Shown: positions 29,709 to 38,989 of the stretch, one piece after another
Position numbering within the stretch: position 1 is the stretch's first letter
How the letters are laid out: every line of letters starts with the position of its first letter
Assembly (NCBI GenBank): GCA_965215185.1
Contig: OZ244034.1
Coordinates: forward strand, 576,001 to 640,000
Reading direction: 5' to 3'
DNA length: 64,000 nucleotides
Source of the DNA: Acidimicrobiia bacterium
Lineage (GTDB): Bacteria > Actinomycetota > Acidimicrobiia > Spongiisociales > ZC4RG35
Program-made: the position numbers and the translations under genes
Notes under the pieces: generated by a model
The model's input: the letters and a program-made list of their open reading frames with translations, nothing else
Database searches by the model: none
What the model was told of the DNA's origin: nothing

Positions 29709-30377
29709 ATGAAATTGGCCGCCGCTCGGGTGGAATGGACGCCAGGGAGGCGGGTCAGCCTATGGACAGCGGGTGATAAGGGGAGGGGTCCGGTGGTGAT
29801 TCTGGCTCACGGAGCCGGGGCGGGCGCAGACCACCCGTTGGTGGTCGGGCTGCGGGATCAATTGGTGGCGGCTGGATCGTTCTGTGTCACTTTCAATTAT
29901 CCCTACATGGAGGAGGGCCGCCGTTGGCCTGATCCCACCCACCGGCTGTTGGCTTGTCATCGGTCGGTGTTGGCATGGGTAAAGATGGAGACCAAAGATG
30001 TTCCGGTGCTGGCGGGGCGTTCCATGGGAGGCCGGATGGGAACCTATCTTGCCGAGGAGGGAGAAACCGTGCGGGCATTGGTGCTTTACGCCTATCCCCT
30101 CCATCCGCCAGGGCGACCCGACCGGTTGCGTTCTGAGCACCTGGGGCGCATTGCGATCCCGATGTTGTTCTTCCGAGGCAGTCGGGATGCTTTTGCCAGT
30201 GCCGAATTATTTGATCGGGAGGTGAGGTCGCGGAAGTTGGCCACCGTGGTAGATTTGGATGGTCTAGATCACGCTTTTCGAGGCCGGGGTCAAAGGCCAG
30301 AGGATGTCAACCGGCTCTTGGCCGGCGAAACAGTTTCCTGGCTGAACAGCCTCCCCGAATACGACTTTGGGAATTAG
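29709..30377 (+). CDS. Alpha/beta hydrolase (KANL3/Tex30-like)
   Basis: LAHGAGA, FNYPY, GRSMGGR, YPLHPPG, G.RD.F and DHAF. Confidence 0.87.
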   Translation: MKLAAARVEWTPGRRVSLWTAGDKGRGPVVILAHGAGAGADHPLVVGLRDQLVAAGSFCVTFNYPYMEEGRRWPDPTHRLLACHRSVLAWVKMETKDVPVLAGRSMGGRMGTYLAEEGETVRALVLYAYPLHPPGRPDRLRSEHLGRIAIPMLFFRGSRDAFASAELFDREVRSRKLATVVDLDGLDHAFRGRGQRPEDVNRLLAGETVSWLNSLPEYDFGN

Positions 30378-30429
30378 TGTCCATTCAGGGCATAATTACC
30401 CATTCCACTTGGAAAATGGAGAAACCACA

Positions 30430-30732
30430 ATGGAAGAAAACACGCTGACGGCCGAGTTGGGCCGCTCGACGGGCAGCAGGGAATCCCGTCGCATAGTCCG
30501 CTCCGGAAGGGTTCCCGCCATCATCTACGGTGGTGGAGAGGAGTCCGTGCATTTGACTCTCGACGCCCGGGAGTTGGAGCGGTTCTGGCGCACCACCCGT
30601 CCAGGTGAGCGGGAAGTCTCCTTGCAGTTCGACAACGGAACCAAGATGAAGGTAACGGCCCATCAGGTGGATCGCCACCCTTATCGGGACCACTTTCGGC
30701 ACGTCGACTTTCTGCGGGCTTCCGCTTCTTGA
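30430..30732 (+). CDS. rplY: 50S ribosomal protein L25, single-domain form
   Basis: R..TGS..SRRI...G.VPAIIYG and HVDF; lies upstream of pth; GGAG RBS. Confidence 0.9.
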   Translation: MEENTLTAELGRSTGSRESRRIVRSGRVPAIIYGGGEESVHLTLDARELERFWRTTRPGEREVSLQFDNGTKMKVTAHQVDRHPYRDHFRHVDFLRASAS

Positions 30733-30799
30733 CACAATAGGGCCCCGGTCCTGCTCCAGGCAGGGACCGATGCATGGGGAGGGGCCTTTAGGGAGGTGT

Positions 30800-31378
30800 A
30801 TGCGTACAATCGTCGGACTCCGCAATCCCGGTAGGGAATACGAGGCAACTCGGCACAACGTGGGTGCCCAAGCGGTGACCGCCCTTGCCGAATCCCACCA
30901 GGCTTCCTGGAGGCGCAGACCTATGCGGTCCCGCTCTGAGACGGCCGAGGTGCGAATAGGTGGAGAAAGGGTGCTTTTGAGTCTGCCGCTTCGGATGATG
31001 AATGTCTCGGGTGGGCCGGTTAGCTATGTGATGAAGTACCACCGGGTCGCTTTAGGGGAGTTGTTAGTGGTCCATGATGACATCGACCTGCCGTTTGGAA
31101 GGCTGCGGGTCCGTTCCGGCGGCAGCGCAGGTGGCCACAACGGGGTGAAATCGGTGGCCAAAGCCCTGGGCAATCCGGGATTCTGGCGACTCAAGATCGG
31201 GGTGGGCCGCCCTCCGTCAGTTATGGACCCCGCCGACTTCGTTTTGAAGAGGTTCCGGTCCGCAGAGCGAGGCGTCATAGAGCAAGCTGTGGATGCCGCG
31301 GCCGAAGTAGCCGAACTATGGGTGAAAGACCCCCAGGCCGCCCGCCAGTCAGCTGGGGAGTGGAAACCCAGTAACTGA
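30800..31378 (+). CDS. pth: Peptidyl-tRNA hydrolase
   Basis: IVGLRNPG..Y..TRHNVG, MN.SG, VHDDID, GGHNG and RLKIGVGRP. Confidence 0.95.
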   Translation: MRTIVGLRNPGREYEATRHNVGAQAVTALAESHQASWRRRPMRSRSETAEVRIGGERVLLSLPLRMMNVSGGPVSYVMKYHRVALGELLVVHDDIDLPFGRLRVRSGGSAGGHNGVKSVAKALGNPGFWRLKIGVGRPPSVMDPADFVLKRFRSAERGVIEQAVDAAAEVAELWVKDPQAARQSAGEWKPSN

Positions 31379-31523
31379 CCTGGGTCGAGCCAGGTTTGTG
31401 ATTTGGGAGGCGGGAGGGCCAAGGGCGGCTATGCCCAGTTTTCCGGCCCGGTTCGACCCACCCAAATGCTTGACAGCGGGTAAAGTAAGAGAGGCCTGTG
31501 ATGAACTATCAAGGAGGCGGCTA

Positions 31524-32078
31524 ATCACTATTCCTGATGCGATGGCGCTGGCCCGGGTGCTGTTGGCGCCGGTCATTATCGCTGTGATCAGGGCGCATGA
31601 CCGGTTGGAGCATGCCTATGGCTGGGCCTTCGCTCTTTTCTTGGTGGCGGCTTTCACCGACTTTTTGGATGGCTATTTGGCGCGCCGTCTGCAGAGCGAA
31701 TCGGTGCTTGGCAACTTCTTGGACACCACGGCCGACAAGCTGCTGGTGACAGCCACACTTTTGGCCTTAGTCTCCGTTTCCAGGGTGTCGGTGTGGGCGG
31801 CCCTGGCCATCATGATGCGAGAATTCGTGGTGATGGCTCTTCGGGGACTGGTGGCGGTGAGCGGAGGGCTCATCAAACCGTCCATGTGGGGAAAAGTCAA
31901 GACCACCGCCCAGTTCACCGCCATCGCCTTGGCGATGATGCGACTCCCCGATACCTGGGGGTGGTTCTATCTTGATCAATGGGTGATGTGGGTGGCGGTG
32001 ATCCTTACTATCGGTTCGGGTTGGAATTACCTGGTCGCCTATTGGAGCACCATCAGTTGGAAGGGATCATCCTCCTGA
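31524..32078 (+). CDS. pgsA: CDP-alcohol phosphatidyltransferase (PgsA-like)
   Basis: TDFLDGYLARR...LG.FLD..ADK, RE..V..LR and GK.KT..Q. Start inferred at the ATC at 31524 behind AGGAGG; alternative ATG at 31542. Confidence 0.85.
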   Translation: MTIPDAMALARVLLAPVIIAVIRAHDRLEHAYGWAFALFLVAAFTDFLDGYLARRLQSESVLGNFLDTTADKLLVTATLLALVSVSRVSVWAALAIMMREFVVMALRGLVAVSGGLIKPSMWGKVKTTAQFTAIALAMMRLPDTWGWFYLDQWVMWVAVILTIGSGWNYLVAYWSTISWKGSSS

Positions 32079-32094
32079 AAGGCCCATCCGGATC

Positions 32095-33075
32095 GTGACC
32101 ACCCTCATCACCGGCGCCACGGGGGTGGTGGGTGGGGCGGTGCTCCGTCATCTATCACAACAAGATGATGACCTTCGAGCTTTGGTGCGTTCCGAACCGG
32201 GAGCGGCTGCGGTGGCGCGGTGGGGGGCCGTGCCTTTCCGAGGGGATGTCACCGATCCCTCCACATTGTCGGGGGCAATGGAGGGGATCGATCTGGTCTA
32301 TCACGTGGCCGGACTCAACCTCATGTGTCCCCGTAGACCGGAGAGGCTGATCGAAGTAAACGTGGACGGGGCGGTGAATGTCATGCGGGCCGCCCGACAG
32401 GCCGGGGTCCGGCGGGTGGTGTTCACCTCTTCGGCGGCGGTGATCGGTGAACGCCGTGGTGAGGTCGGAGACGAGGCATCTATCCACCGGGGTCACTATC
32501 TGTCCCACTACGACCGCTCCAAACATCTCGGAGAGCAGGCCGTACTGGCCGAGGCGGGAGACATGGAAGTGGTAATGGTAAACCCCTCCTCGGTGCAAGG
32601 GCCAGGCCGCACCACAGGGACGGGAAAACTGATCCTCGACGTGGTGAACGGAAGGCTTCCGGTGATGGTCGACACCTGGGTGAGCATCGTGGACATCGAC
32701 GACTGTGCCCGAGGGCATCTGTTGGCGGCTTCCCAGGGTCGGCCGGGCCGCCGTTATGTGCTCAACTCTTTCAGCTTGCGGATCCGGCGGGCATTGGAAA
32801 TCCTGGAGGAACAACTGGACCGTCCGTTGCGGGTGCGTTATCTGCCGCCCTCGGTGGCTTTCACGGCCGCCGCGGTTGTGGAGGGTATATCGAGATTGCG
32901 CGGCCGTCGCCCGCCCTTTTGCCGGGAGATAGTGCGCACGATTAGCCACGGCCACCGCTACGACGGGAGCCGCGCCGTCCGAGAACTGGGGATGTCCTAT
33001 ATCGGAGCGGAGAACTTTCTGAAGAAACTGGTGGCCTGGTATCAGGAAGAGGGACTGATCCGGCCCTCTTCCTAG
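32095..33075 (+). CDS. NAD-dependent epimerase/dehydratase (extended SDR, HpnA/DFR-like)
   Basis: TGATGVVG, YHVAG, TSS and YDRSK. Confidence 0.9.
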   Translation: MTTLITGATGVVGGAVLRHLSQQDDDLRALVRSEPGAAAVARWGAVPFRGDVTDPSTLSGAMEGIDLVYHVAGLNLMCPRRPERLIEVNVDGAVNVMRAARQAGVRRVVFTSSAAVIGERRGEVGDEASIHRGHYLSHYDRSKHLGEQAVLAEAGDMEVVMVNPSSVQGPGRTTGTGKLILDVVNGRLPVMVDTWVSIVDIDDCARGHLLAASQGRPGRRYVLNSFSLRIRRALEILEEQLDRPLRVRYLPPSVAFTAAAVVEGISRLRGRRPPFCREIVRTISHGHRYDGSRAVRELGMSYIGAENFLKKLVAWYQEEGLIRPSS

Positions 33076-33089
33076 AAGCGGATCTACCC

Positions 33090-33095
33090 TATAAT
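33090..33095 (+). promoter_or_regulatory. Candidate sigma-A -10 box for mfd
   Basis: Perfect TATAAT in the short gap just upstream of the mfd TTG codons. Confidence 0.4.
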
Positions 33096-33098
33096 TCT

Positions 33099-36000
33099 TT
33101 GAGCTTGGCATCGCCGCCGCTTTCAGTTCTGGTAGAAAGATGGCTTCCGGCCCGTTTCCCGTCACCCCCGGGACGCTGGGCGGTGGCCCCAGAAGGACGC
33201 GCCATAGCGCTCTCGGCGTTAGCCCGCCGCTCCCAACCGTTGGTGGTGGTGGTCGCCGAGGAGCGGGAGGCCGAAGAGCTGGCCGACGACATCTCGCTGT
33301 TTTGCAATGGAGTCATGTTGGCGCCAGCCTGGGAAACCCTTCCTTTCGAACGTCTGTCTCCCAACCTGGCGACCATGTCCCGTCGTTGTCGTATCCTCCA
33401 CGCCCTTTCCAACCCGGCGCCGGGCATGGTGGTGGTGGCTTCCGTCCGGGCCGCAACCCAACGGCTTAGCCCCTCCGATCCCTCCCCGCTGGTCATCTCC
33501 CGCGGACAGTCGATCACCCTGCAACAACTGGTCACTACCCTCGCCTCCTTGGGTTTCGAAAGGGTTTCCCAGGTAGAGGCCCCGGGGGAGATGGCCGTAC
33601 GCGGTGGCATCGTGGACGTATACCCCGGGGCAGCAGGACGGCCGACCAGGCTCGACTTCTGGGGAGATGAAGTCGAGGAGATCAGGTTCTTTTCTCCTGC
33701 CACCCAGCGATCGGATGAACACGGCGAGCGGGCGGTTTTCTACCCGGTGCGAGAATTCCGTCCGGATGCGACGGTGGCGTCAGGGGCCGCCGAACTTCTG
33801 TCCACTGATGCCTGGGCGGCGGACCGATGGGAACTCTTGGCGCAGGGCCAGATGTTCGAGGGCATGGAATCGTGGATGCCGTGGATGGCGCCCCCACTGT
33901 GCCTGCTGGATCGAGTGGGCTCGCAAGCGCGGGTGGTGGTGGCGGATCCGGTGCGGGCGATTGGCCAGGCTCGTCACCTGCTAGCCGAAGAAGAAGAGAT
34001 GGCGAAAGCGCTTTCCAATACCCGGAAGGCCACTGCGCAGATAGCCGACCATGCCCGGCTCTATCAGTCGCTCGAAGAAGCGTTGGAGCACCGATCTGTG
34101 CTGGAGATGCCGTCGGTGCCGATCAGTCCAGCTGACGAGGTCCTGGTGGTGCGGGGCATCGGGGTTACCCCCGGGGACGGCTCCTCGATCGCCTCGGCGC
34201 TTTCGGGGCTGCGTTCCAAAGGGGTAAGAGTGGTTGTGGCTGTGGAGGGGGAGGCCGCGGCCGACCGGTGGAGCAGAGTCTTGGCGGAGGAGGGAATAGC
34301 CATTCCTCACCGAGAGAATCTCACCGATGAGGGGGCGGTGATCATCCCTCGTGGCATACGCAAGGGCTTTGTCTTGGAGACGCCTCCGGTGGCGGTGGTG
34401 GGCGAAGGGGAATTGGCTGGGCGACATAGGGCGCATCGCCCGCCCCCCAGGAAGTCGAAGAGCACGGTCGGCACCCGTGACCTGGCGCCGGGTGACTATG
34501 TGGTTCACTACCAACACGGGATTGGGAGGTTCGAGGGGTTGGTCTCCGAAGTGATGGCCGGAGTGGAAAGGGATTATCTGCTGGTGGCCTACGCGGGCCA
34601 TGACCGTCTGTACGTGCCGGTTGACCAACTTGCCCTGATCACTCGTTATACCGGGGGAGAGGCGCCTCGGCTCTCCCGTATGGGAGGCAGGGATTGGGCG
34701 GCCACCCGGGAGCGAGTGAGAAACGAGGTGGCGTTGGTGGCTGAAGAGGTCGTGGCTCTGCACCGCGCCCGGTCGGCCTCGCCCGGATTTTCCTTCTTGC
34801 CGGACACGCCGTGGCAGCAGGAGATGGAAGCCGCTTTTCCCTACGAGGAGACTTCTGACCAGAAAGAGGCGATAGCCGATGTCAAGGCCGACATGGAGTC
34901 GGACCGCCCAATGGACCGGCTGATCTTCGGAGATGTGGGGTTCGGCAAGACCGAGGTGGGGGTGCGGGCGGCGTTCAAAGCGGTGATGGACAAAAAGCAG
35001 GTGGCGGTGCTGTGTCCCACCACCATTCTGGCACAGCAGCATCATCAGACCTTCTTGGACCGACTCGCTCCACACGGTGTTGAAGTTGCTGTCTTGTCCC
35101 GTTTCTTGACCCCCGCTCAGGCGCGCAAGGTCGTGAAGAGGCTGGGGACGGGAGAAGTGGATGTGGTGATCGGAACTCACCGGTTGCTATCCAAGGATGT
35201 GAGGTTTCGTGACCTCGGGTTATTGGTCGTGGACGAGGAGCAGCGTTTCGGGGTGGCCGCCAAGGATGCCCTACGGCGTATGAAGGTGGGGGTGGATGTT
35301 CTCACTCTCACCGCCACTCCCATCCCCCGCACTCTGGAGATGGCCCTCACCGGCATCCGAGACGTTTCCCACATCAGGACTCCTCCCCAGGGACGGCGGC
35401 CCATTCTCACCTATGTGGGTCCCTACGACGAACAGACGGTCTCGATGGCCATCCGGCGCGAGTTGCTGCGCGAGGGTCAAGTGTTCTACGTGCACAACCG
35501 GGTGCTATCCATACACCACGCGGTCGCCAGACTGGCCGATTTGGCGCCAAGGGCCCGATTCGCGGTGGCGCACGGTCAGATGTCGGAGTCACAGTTGGAA
35601 CAGGTGATGATCGACTACTGGAACCGACGTTACGACGTGTTGGTGTCCACCACTATCATCGAATCCGGTCTCGATCTGCCCCGGGTCAACACTTTGATCG
35701 TGGAGCGGGCCGACCGGATCGGACTGGCGCAACTCTATCAACTGCGCGGCCGGGTGGGAAGGTCCCATCAGCGAGCCTACGCCTATCTCCTCCACCCGGT
35801 CGACCAGGTGCTTCCCGAGTCGGCACACCGTCGTCTGCAGGCCATCGGTCGGGCCACCGATTTCGGGGCGGGGTTCGATGTCGCCTTCCGGGATCTGGAG
35901 ATCAGGGGGGCGGGGTCCATACTCAGCAAGGTGCAGTCGGGTCATTTGCAGGCGGTGGGATTGGATCTTTACACCGAACTGGTGGCCGACGCGGTGGGCG

Positions 36001-36515
36001 CCCTGGAGGGAAAGCCGGCCACTCGGACGTCGGATGCTCCATCGGTGAGGATCGACTTGAGGGTGGACGCCCACCTTCCCGACGATTATCTCTCCGACCA
36101 GGCATTGCGGTTGGAGGCATACCGTCGCCTGGCGTCCTCCCACACCCACGCTGATGTGCAGGAGGTGGCGGAAGGATGGGTGGACCGATTCGGTCCCCTC
36201 CCGCCTCAGGCCCAGGCGCTGGTTCAGGTCGCTGACCTGCGAGCTGAGTGTTTTCGGGTGGGTATCGGCGAGGTGATGGCGATCCGCAACGAGGTGCGCG
36301 TTTCCGGCGTAAATTTGCGGGAATCCCAACGGGTGAGAGCGCAGCGACTGGCGCCGGGATCTTTCTATCAGTCGAACACACGCTCTCTTTTCATTCCCGC
36401 CCCACGGCCGGTTTTGGCGGGGCTTTTGGACTTCATTGGCAGGATGTGGCCACCAGAAGCCGAGGGGACGATGCGGCGGAAGGCTTCTGAAGCGGCTATA
36501 CCCTTTAGGGGATGA
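33099..36515 (+). CDS. mfd: Transcription-repair coupling factor
   Basis: RGGIVD, GDYVVH..HGIG (RID), GDVGFGKT, DEEQRFGV, QLRGRVGR, DLEIRGAG and TRCF C-terminus. Confidence 0.97.
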   Translation: MSLASPPLSVLVERWLPARFPSPPGRWAVAPEGRAIALSALARRSQPLVVVVAEEREAEELADDISLFCNGVMLAPAWETLPFERLSPNLATMSRRCRILHALSNPAPGMVVVASVRAATQRLSPSDPSPLVISRGQSITLQQLVTTLASLGFERVSQVEAPGEMAVRGGIVDVYPGAAGRPTRLDFWGDEVEEIRFFSPATQRSDEHGERAVFYPVREFRPDATVASGAAELLSTDAWAADRWELLAQGQMFEGMESWMPWMAPPLCLLDRVGSQARVVVADPVRAIGQARHLLAEEEEMAKALSNTRKATAQIADHARLYQSLEEALEHRSVLEMPSVPISPADEVLVVRGIGVTPGDGSSIASALSGLRSKGVRVVVAVEGEAAADRWSRVLAEEGIAIPHRENLTDEGAVIIPRGIRKGFVLETPPVAVVGEGELAGRHRAHRPPPRKSKSTVGTRDLAPGDYVVHYQHGIGRFEGLVSEVMAGVERDYLLVAYAGHDRLYVPVDQLALITRYTGGEAPRLSRMGGRDWAATRERVRNEVALVAEEVVALHRARSASPGFSFLPDTPWQQEMEAAFPYEETSDQKEAIADVKADMESDRPMDRLIFGDVGFGKTEVGVRAAFKAVMDKKQVAVLCPTTILAQQHHQTFLDRLAPHGVEVAVLSRFLTPAQARKVVKRLGTGEVDVVIGTHRLLSKDVRFRDLGLLVVDEEQRFGVAAKDALRRMKVGVDVLTLTATPIPRTLEMALTGIRDVSHIRTPPQGRRPILTYVGPYDEQTVSMAIRRELLREGQVFYVHNRVLSIHHAVARLADLAPRARFAVAHGQMSESQLEQVMIDYWNRRYDVLVSTTIIESGLDLPRVNTLIVERADRIGLAQLYQLRGRVGRSHQRAYAYLLHPVDQVLPESAHRRLQAIGRATDFGAGFDVAFRDLEIRGAGSILSKVQSGHLQAVGLDLYTELVADAVGALEGKPATRTSDAPSVRIDLRVDAHLPDDYLSDQALRLEAYRRLASSHTHADVQEVAEGWVDRFGPLPPQAQALVQVADLRAECFRVGIGEVMAIRNEVRVSGVNLRESQRVRAQRLAPGSFYQSNTRSLFIPAPRPVLAGLLDFIGRMWPPEAEGTMRRKASEAAIPFRG

Positions 36516-37474
36516 TTCGCATTTGTTCCATGGGATGGAAAGGCCGCTTGGGGCTTTTGTGTCTGACTGTTTTGTTGGCGGCGGGGGCCTGTGCAAGCGA
36601 CGGGGATTTGGTGGCCACCGTCAATGGGGTGGATATCTACATGGCCGAACTCGAAGATGCCGCCTCCGACGAGGGGGAGGTCGTGGAGCGGGTTGCGTTC
36701 GAGGATCGACTGCTGAGCATGGTCATTACCCAGGTGCTGCTAACCAAGGCACTGGAGGAGTTCGGAATCGATACGGAAGAAGACCCCTTCCAAGCAGCCG
36801 TTGAAGAGGAATACCAGGCCCTGAGGGCCCAGGCTACGTCCGTAGACCCGGACTATGAGGCTTTTTTGGCTTCACAGGGTATCACCGACGAGCGGGTGCG
36901 GTTGGTGGCCACCCAGCGGGTGGTTGTCAATGGGGTGCGTGATGAATTGATCAAGGACACGCCGCAGATGACTCCCGAAGAAGTGGAGGCCGTTTTCGAG
37001 TCGAGCCGGGTGCGGCTCACCGAAAATGTGTGCGCCACCCATGTGCTTTTGGAGACCCGAGAGCAAGCCGAGGCGGTTCTGGAAAGGGCCGAGGCCGGAG
37101 AGTCGATCTCAGACCTGGCCAGAGAACTTTCGATCGAGCCCAGCGCCTCGGAGACCGGAGGCGATCTGGGGTGTCTTCCCGCCAGTACCTATGTCGAAGA
37201 ATTTGCAGAGGCGGTGGTGAAGGCCGAGTTGATGGTGCCCTATGGTCCGGTGGAGTCCCAGTTTGGCCACCATGTCATCTTGGTGACAGACAGGACCGAT
37301 CCTCTCTTGGCCGATCACGAGGAGGGGATTCGCGCCGAGAACGCCACCCGCCTGGAGGGTGAGGTTATCGAGGAATGGTTCCTTCGAGTAGCGGCGGAGT
37401 CGGACGTACAGGTCGAGCCTCAGTACGGGACATGGACAACCCAGCCCACCCCTCGGATTATCCCCCCCGTCTGA
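36512..37474 (+). CDS. PrsA/SurA-like parvulin peptidyl-prolyl isomerase lipoprotein
   Basis: Lipobox-like AAGAC, VATVNG, HVLL, GGDLG and SQFGHHVI. Confidence 0.87.
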   Translation: MIRICSMGWKGRLGLLCLTVLLAAGACASDGDLVATVNGVDIYMAELEDAASDEGEVVERVAFEDRLLSMVITQVLLTKALEEFGIDTEEDPFQAAVEEEYQALRAQATSVDPDYEAFLASQGITDERVRLVATQRVVVNGVRDELIKDTPQMTPEEVEAVFESSRVRLTENVCATHVLLETREQAEAVLERAEAGESISDLARELSIEPSASETGGDLGCLPASTYVEEFAEAVVKAELMVPYGPVESQFGHHVILVTDRTDPLLADHEEGIRAENATRLEGEVIEEWFLRVAAESDVQVEPQYGTWTTQPTPRIIPPV

Positions 37475-38973
37475 ACCTGGCGGTAGTGGGGTTGGGCCCC
37501 GGCGGTCTCGACCGGGTCCCCTCCTCCACCATGGCGATACTCTGCGATCCCCGGCGCCGGGTGATAGTTCGTACCAAAGAGCACCCGGCCGCCCGAGAAT
37601 TGGCCGCCCAACGTCCAGTTAAGGACTGCGACGACCTCTATGCGGCCGGTGAAGACTTCGAGGCGGTATACCGGGCGATCGCCTCTCGGGTGGTGGAGAC
37701 AGCCAGCTCGCACCCTGTGGTGTACGCCACGCCCGGAAGTCCTCTGGTGGGGGAGAGGGCGGCGGGGATGATTCTCTCCCTGGCTAGGAGCAAGGGCATC
37801 GAGACAGCCGTTTACCCCGCCGAATCTTTTCTGGACGTAGCTCTGACCGAACTGAGAATAGACCCTCTCGATCGGAGCCTGACGGTGCTCAACGCCCACC
37901 GGCTCCCTTCCCCGCTTCTACTGCGTGGCCCCACTTTGGTGGGAGCCCTCGACACACCCGCCGGACTTGCCGACTTTTGCGGGTTGCTCACTCGGCTTTA
38001 CCCCAAAGGACCCGAAGTGGTGGTGCTGATCGACCTGGGCGCTCCCCAGGCGAGGGTGGTGCGTTGCGATGCTGAAGAAGTGGATCCGATGCTGGCCGGA
38101 CCCCGCACCTCGGTGTATGTCGACGCCCCCCCGGTTGGCTTGGCCGGGGCGGTGGCGGTGATGGAGCGTCTTCGCTCTGAGTGTCCCTGGGATCGTCGAC
38201 AAACCCATCACAGCCTGGTCAAGAACCTGATTGAGGAGACCTACGAACTGGTGGAAGCCCTGGCTGCCCTGCCACCGGATGCGGGTGTCCAGGGCGGCGG
38301 GCAGCCGGATGAACAGCCGGATTGGATGGCCTTTTCGGGCGTGTCCGAGGAGTTGGGTGATGTGCTCCTCCAAGTGCTCTTCCATGCGGTGATCGCCCAG
38401 GAAACCGGGATTTTTGACATAGAGGACGTCGCCGAGGGGCTTCGGCAGAAACTGATACGCAGACACCCCCATGTTTTCGCCGGTGTGCAGGTGGACAGCG
38501 CCGAGCAGGTGAAGGTTAATTGGGAACGTATCAAACAACAGGAAAAACCTTCCGAGGAGGGCGCCTCCCTGCTCGACGGGGTGCCTCTTGCCATGCCGGC
38601 CCTGGCTCGGGCAGCCAAGATCCAGCGCCGCGCTGCGCAGGTGGGGTTCGATTGGACCGAAGTTGGGCCGGTGGTGGAGAAGATCGCCGAGGAGGTCGAA
38701 GAGTTGCGAGCGGCGCTGTCAGATCGAGAATCCGTGCAGGCAGAGTTGGGGGACCTGCTGTTCGCGGCGGTCAATCTGGCCCGACACGTCGCAGTCGACC
38801 CCGAGACGGCGCTTCGGCGCGCCACCGCCAGATTCACATATCGCTTCCAATGGATGGAAGAGGAAGGGCCACTGGATGGCTTGAGCAACGACCAACTGGA
38901 AGAACGTTGGGAGCGGGCCAAGCGCTACGAAGCGGAGAGCAAAGGTTGGCCGGGAACCGGCCAAATTCATTGA
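37471..38973 (+). CDS. mazG: YabN-type MazG: tetrapyrrole-methylase-like domain plus nucleoside triphosphate pyrophosphohydrolase
   Basis: VVGLGPG and PGSP.VGE; CPWD, EE.YE, EELGDVL, RRHPHVF and ELGDLLF. Start inferred at the CTG at 37471; alternative ATG at 37431. Confidence 0.92.
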   Translation: MNLAVVGLGPGGLDRVPSSTMAILCDPRRRVIVRTKEHPAARELAAQRPVKDCDDLYAAGEDFEAVYRAIASRVVETASSHPVVYATPGSPLVGERAAGMILSLARSKGIETAVYPAESFLDVALTELRIDPLDRSLTVLNAHRLPSPLLLRGPTLVGALDTPAGLADFCGLLTRLYPKGPEVVVLIDLGAPQARVVRCDAEEVDPMLAGPRTSVYVDAPPVGLAGAVAVMERLRSECPWDRRQTHHSLVKNLIEETYELVEALAALPPDAGVQGGGQPDEQPDWMAFSGVSEELGDVLLQVLFHAVIAQETGIFDIEDVAEGLRQKLIRRHPHVFAGVQVDSAEQVKVNWERIKQQEKPSEEGASLLDGVPLAMPALARAAKIQRRAAQVGFDWTEVGPVVEKIAEEVEELRAALSDRESVQAELGDLLFAAVNLARHVAVDPETALRRATARFTYRFQWMEEEGPLDGLSNDQLEERWERAKRYEAESKGWPGTGQIH

Positions 38974-38989
38974 AGAGGTCGCTGAGGCG

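Noticed and set aside
19310-36596. Long antisense ORFs (for example 19310-20659, 33981-35180, 35589-36596)
   Set aside because: They are codon-aligned shadows of GC-rich genes with no recognisable motifs.
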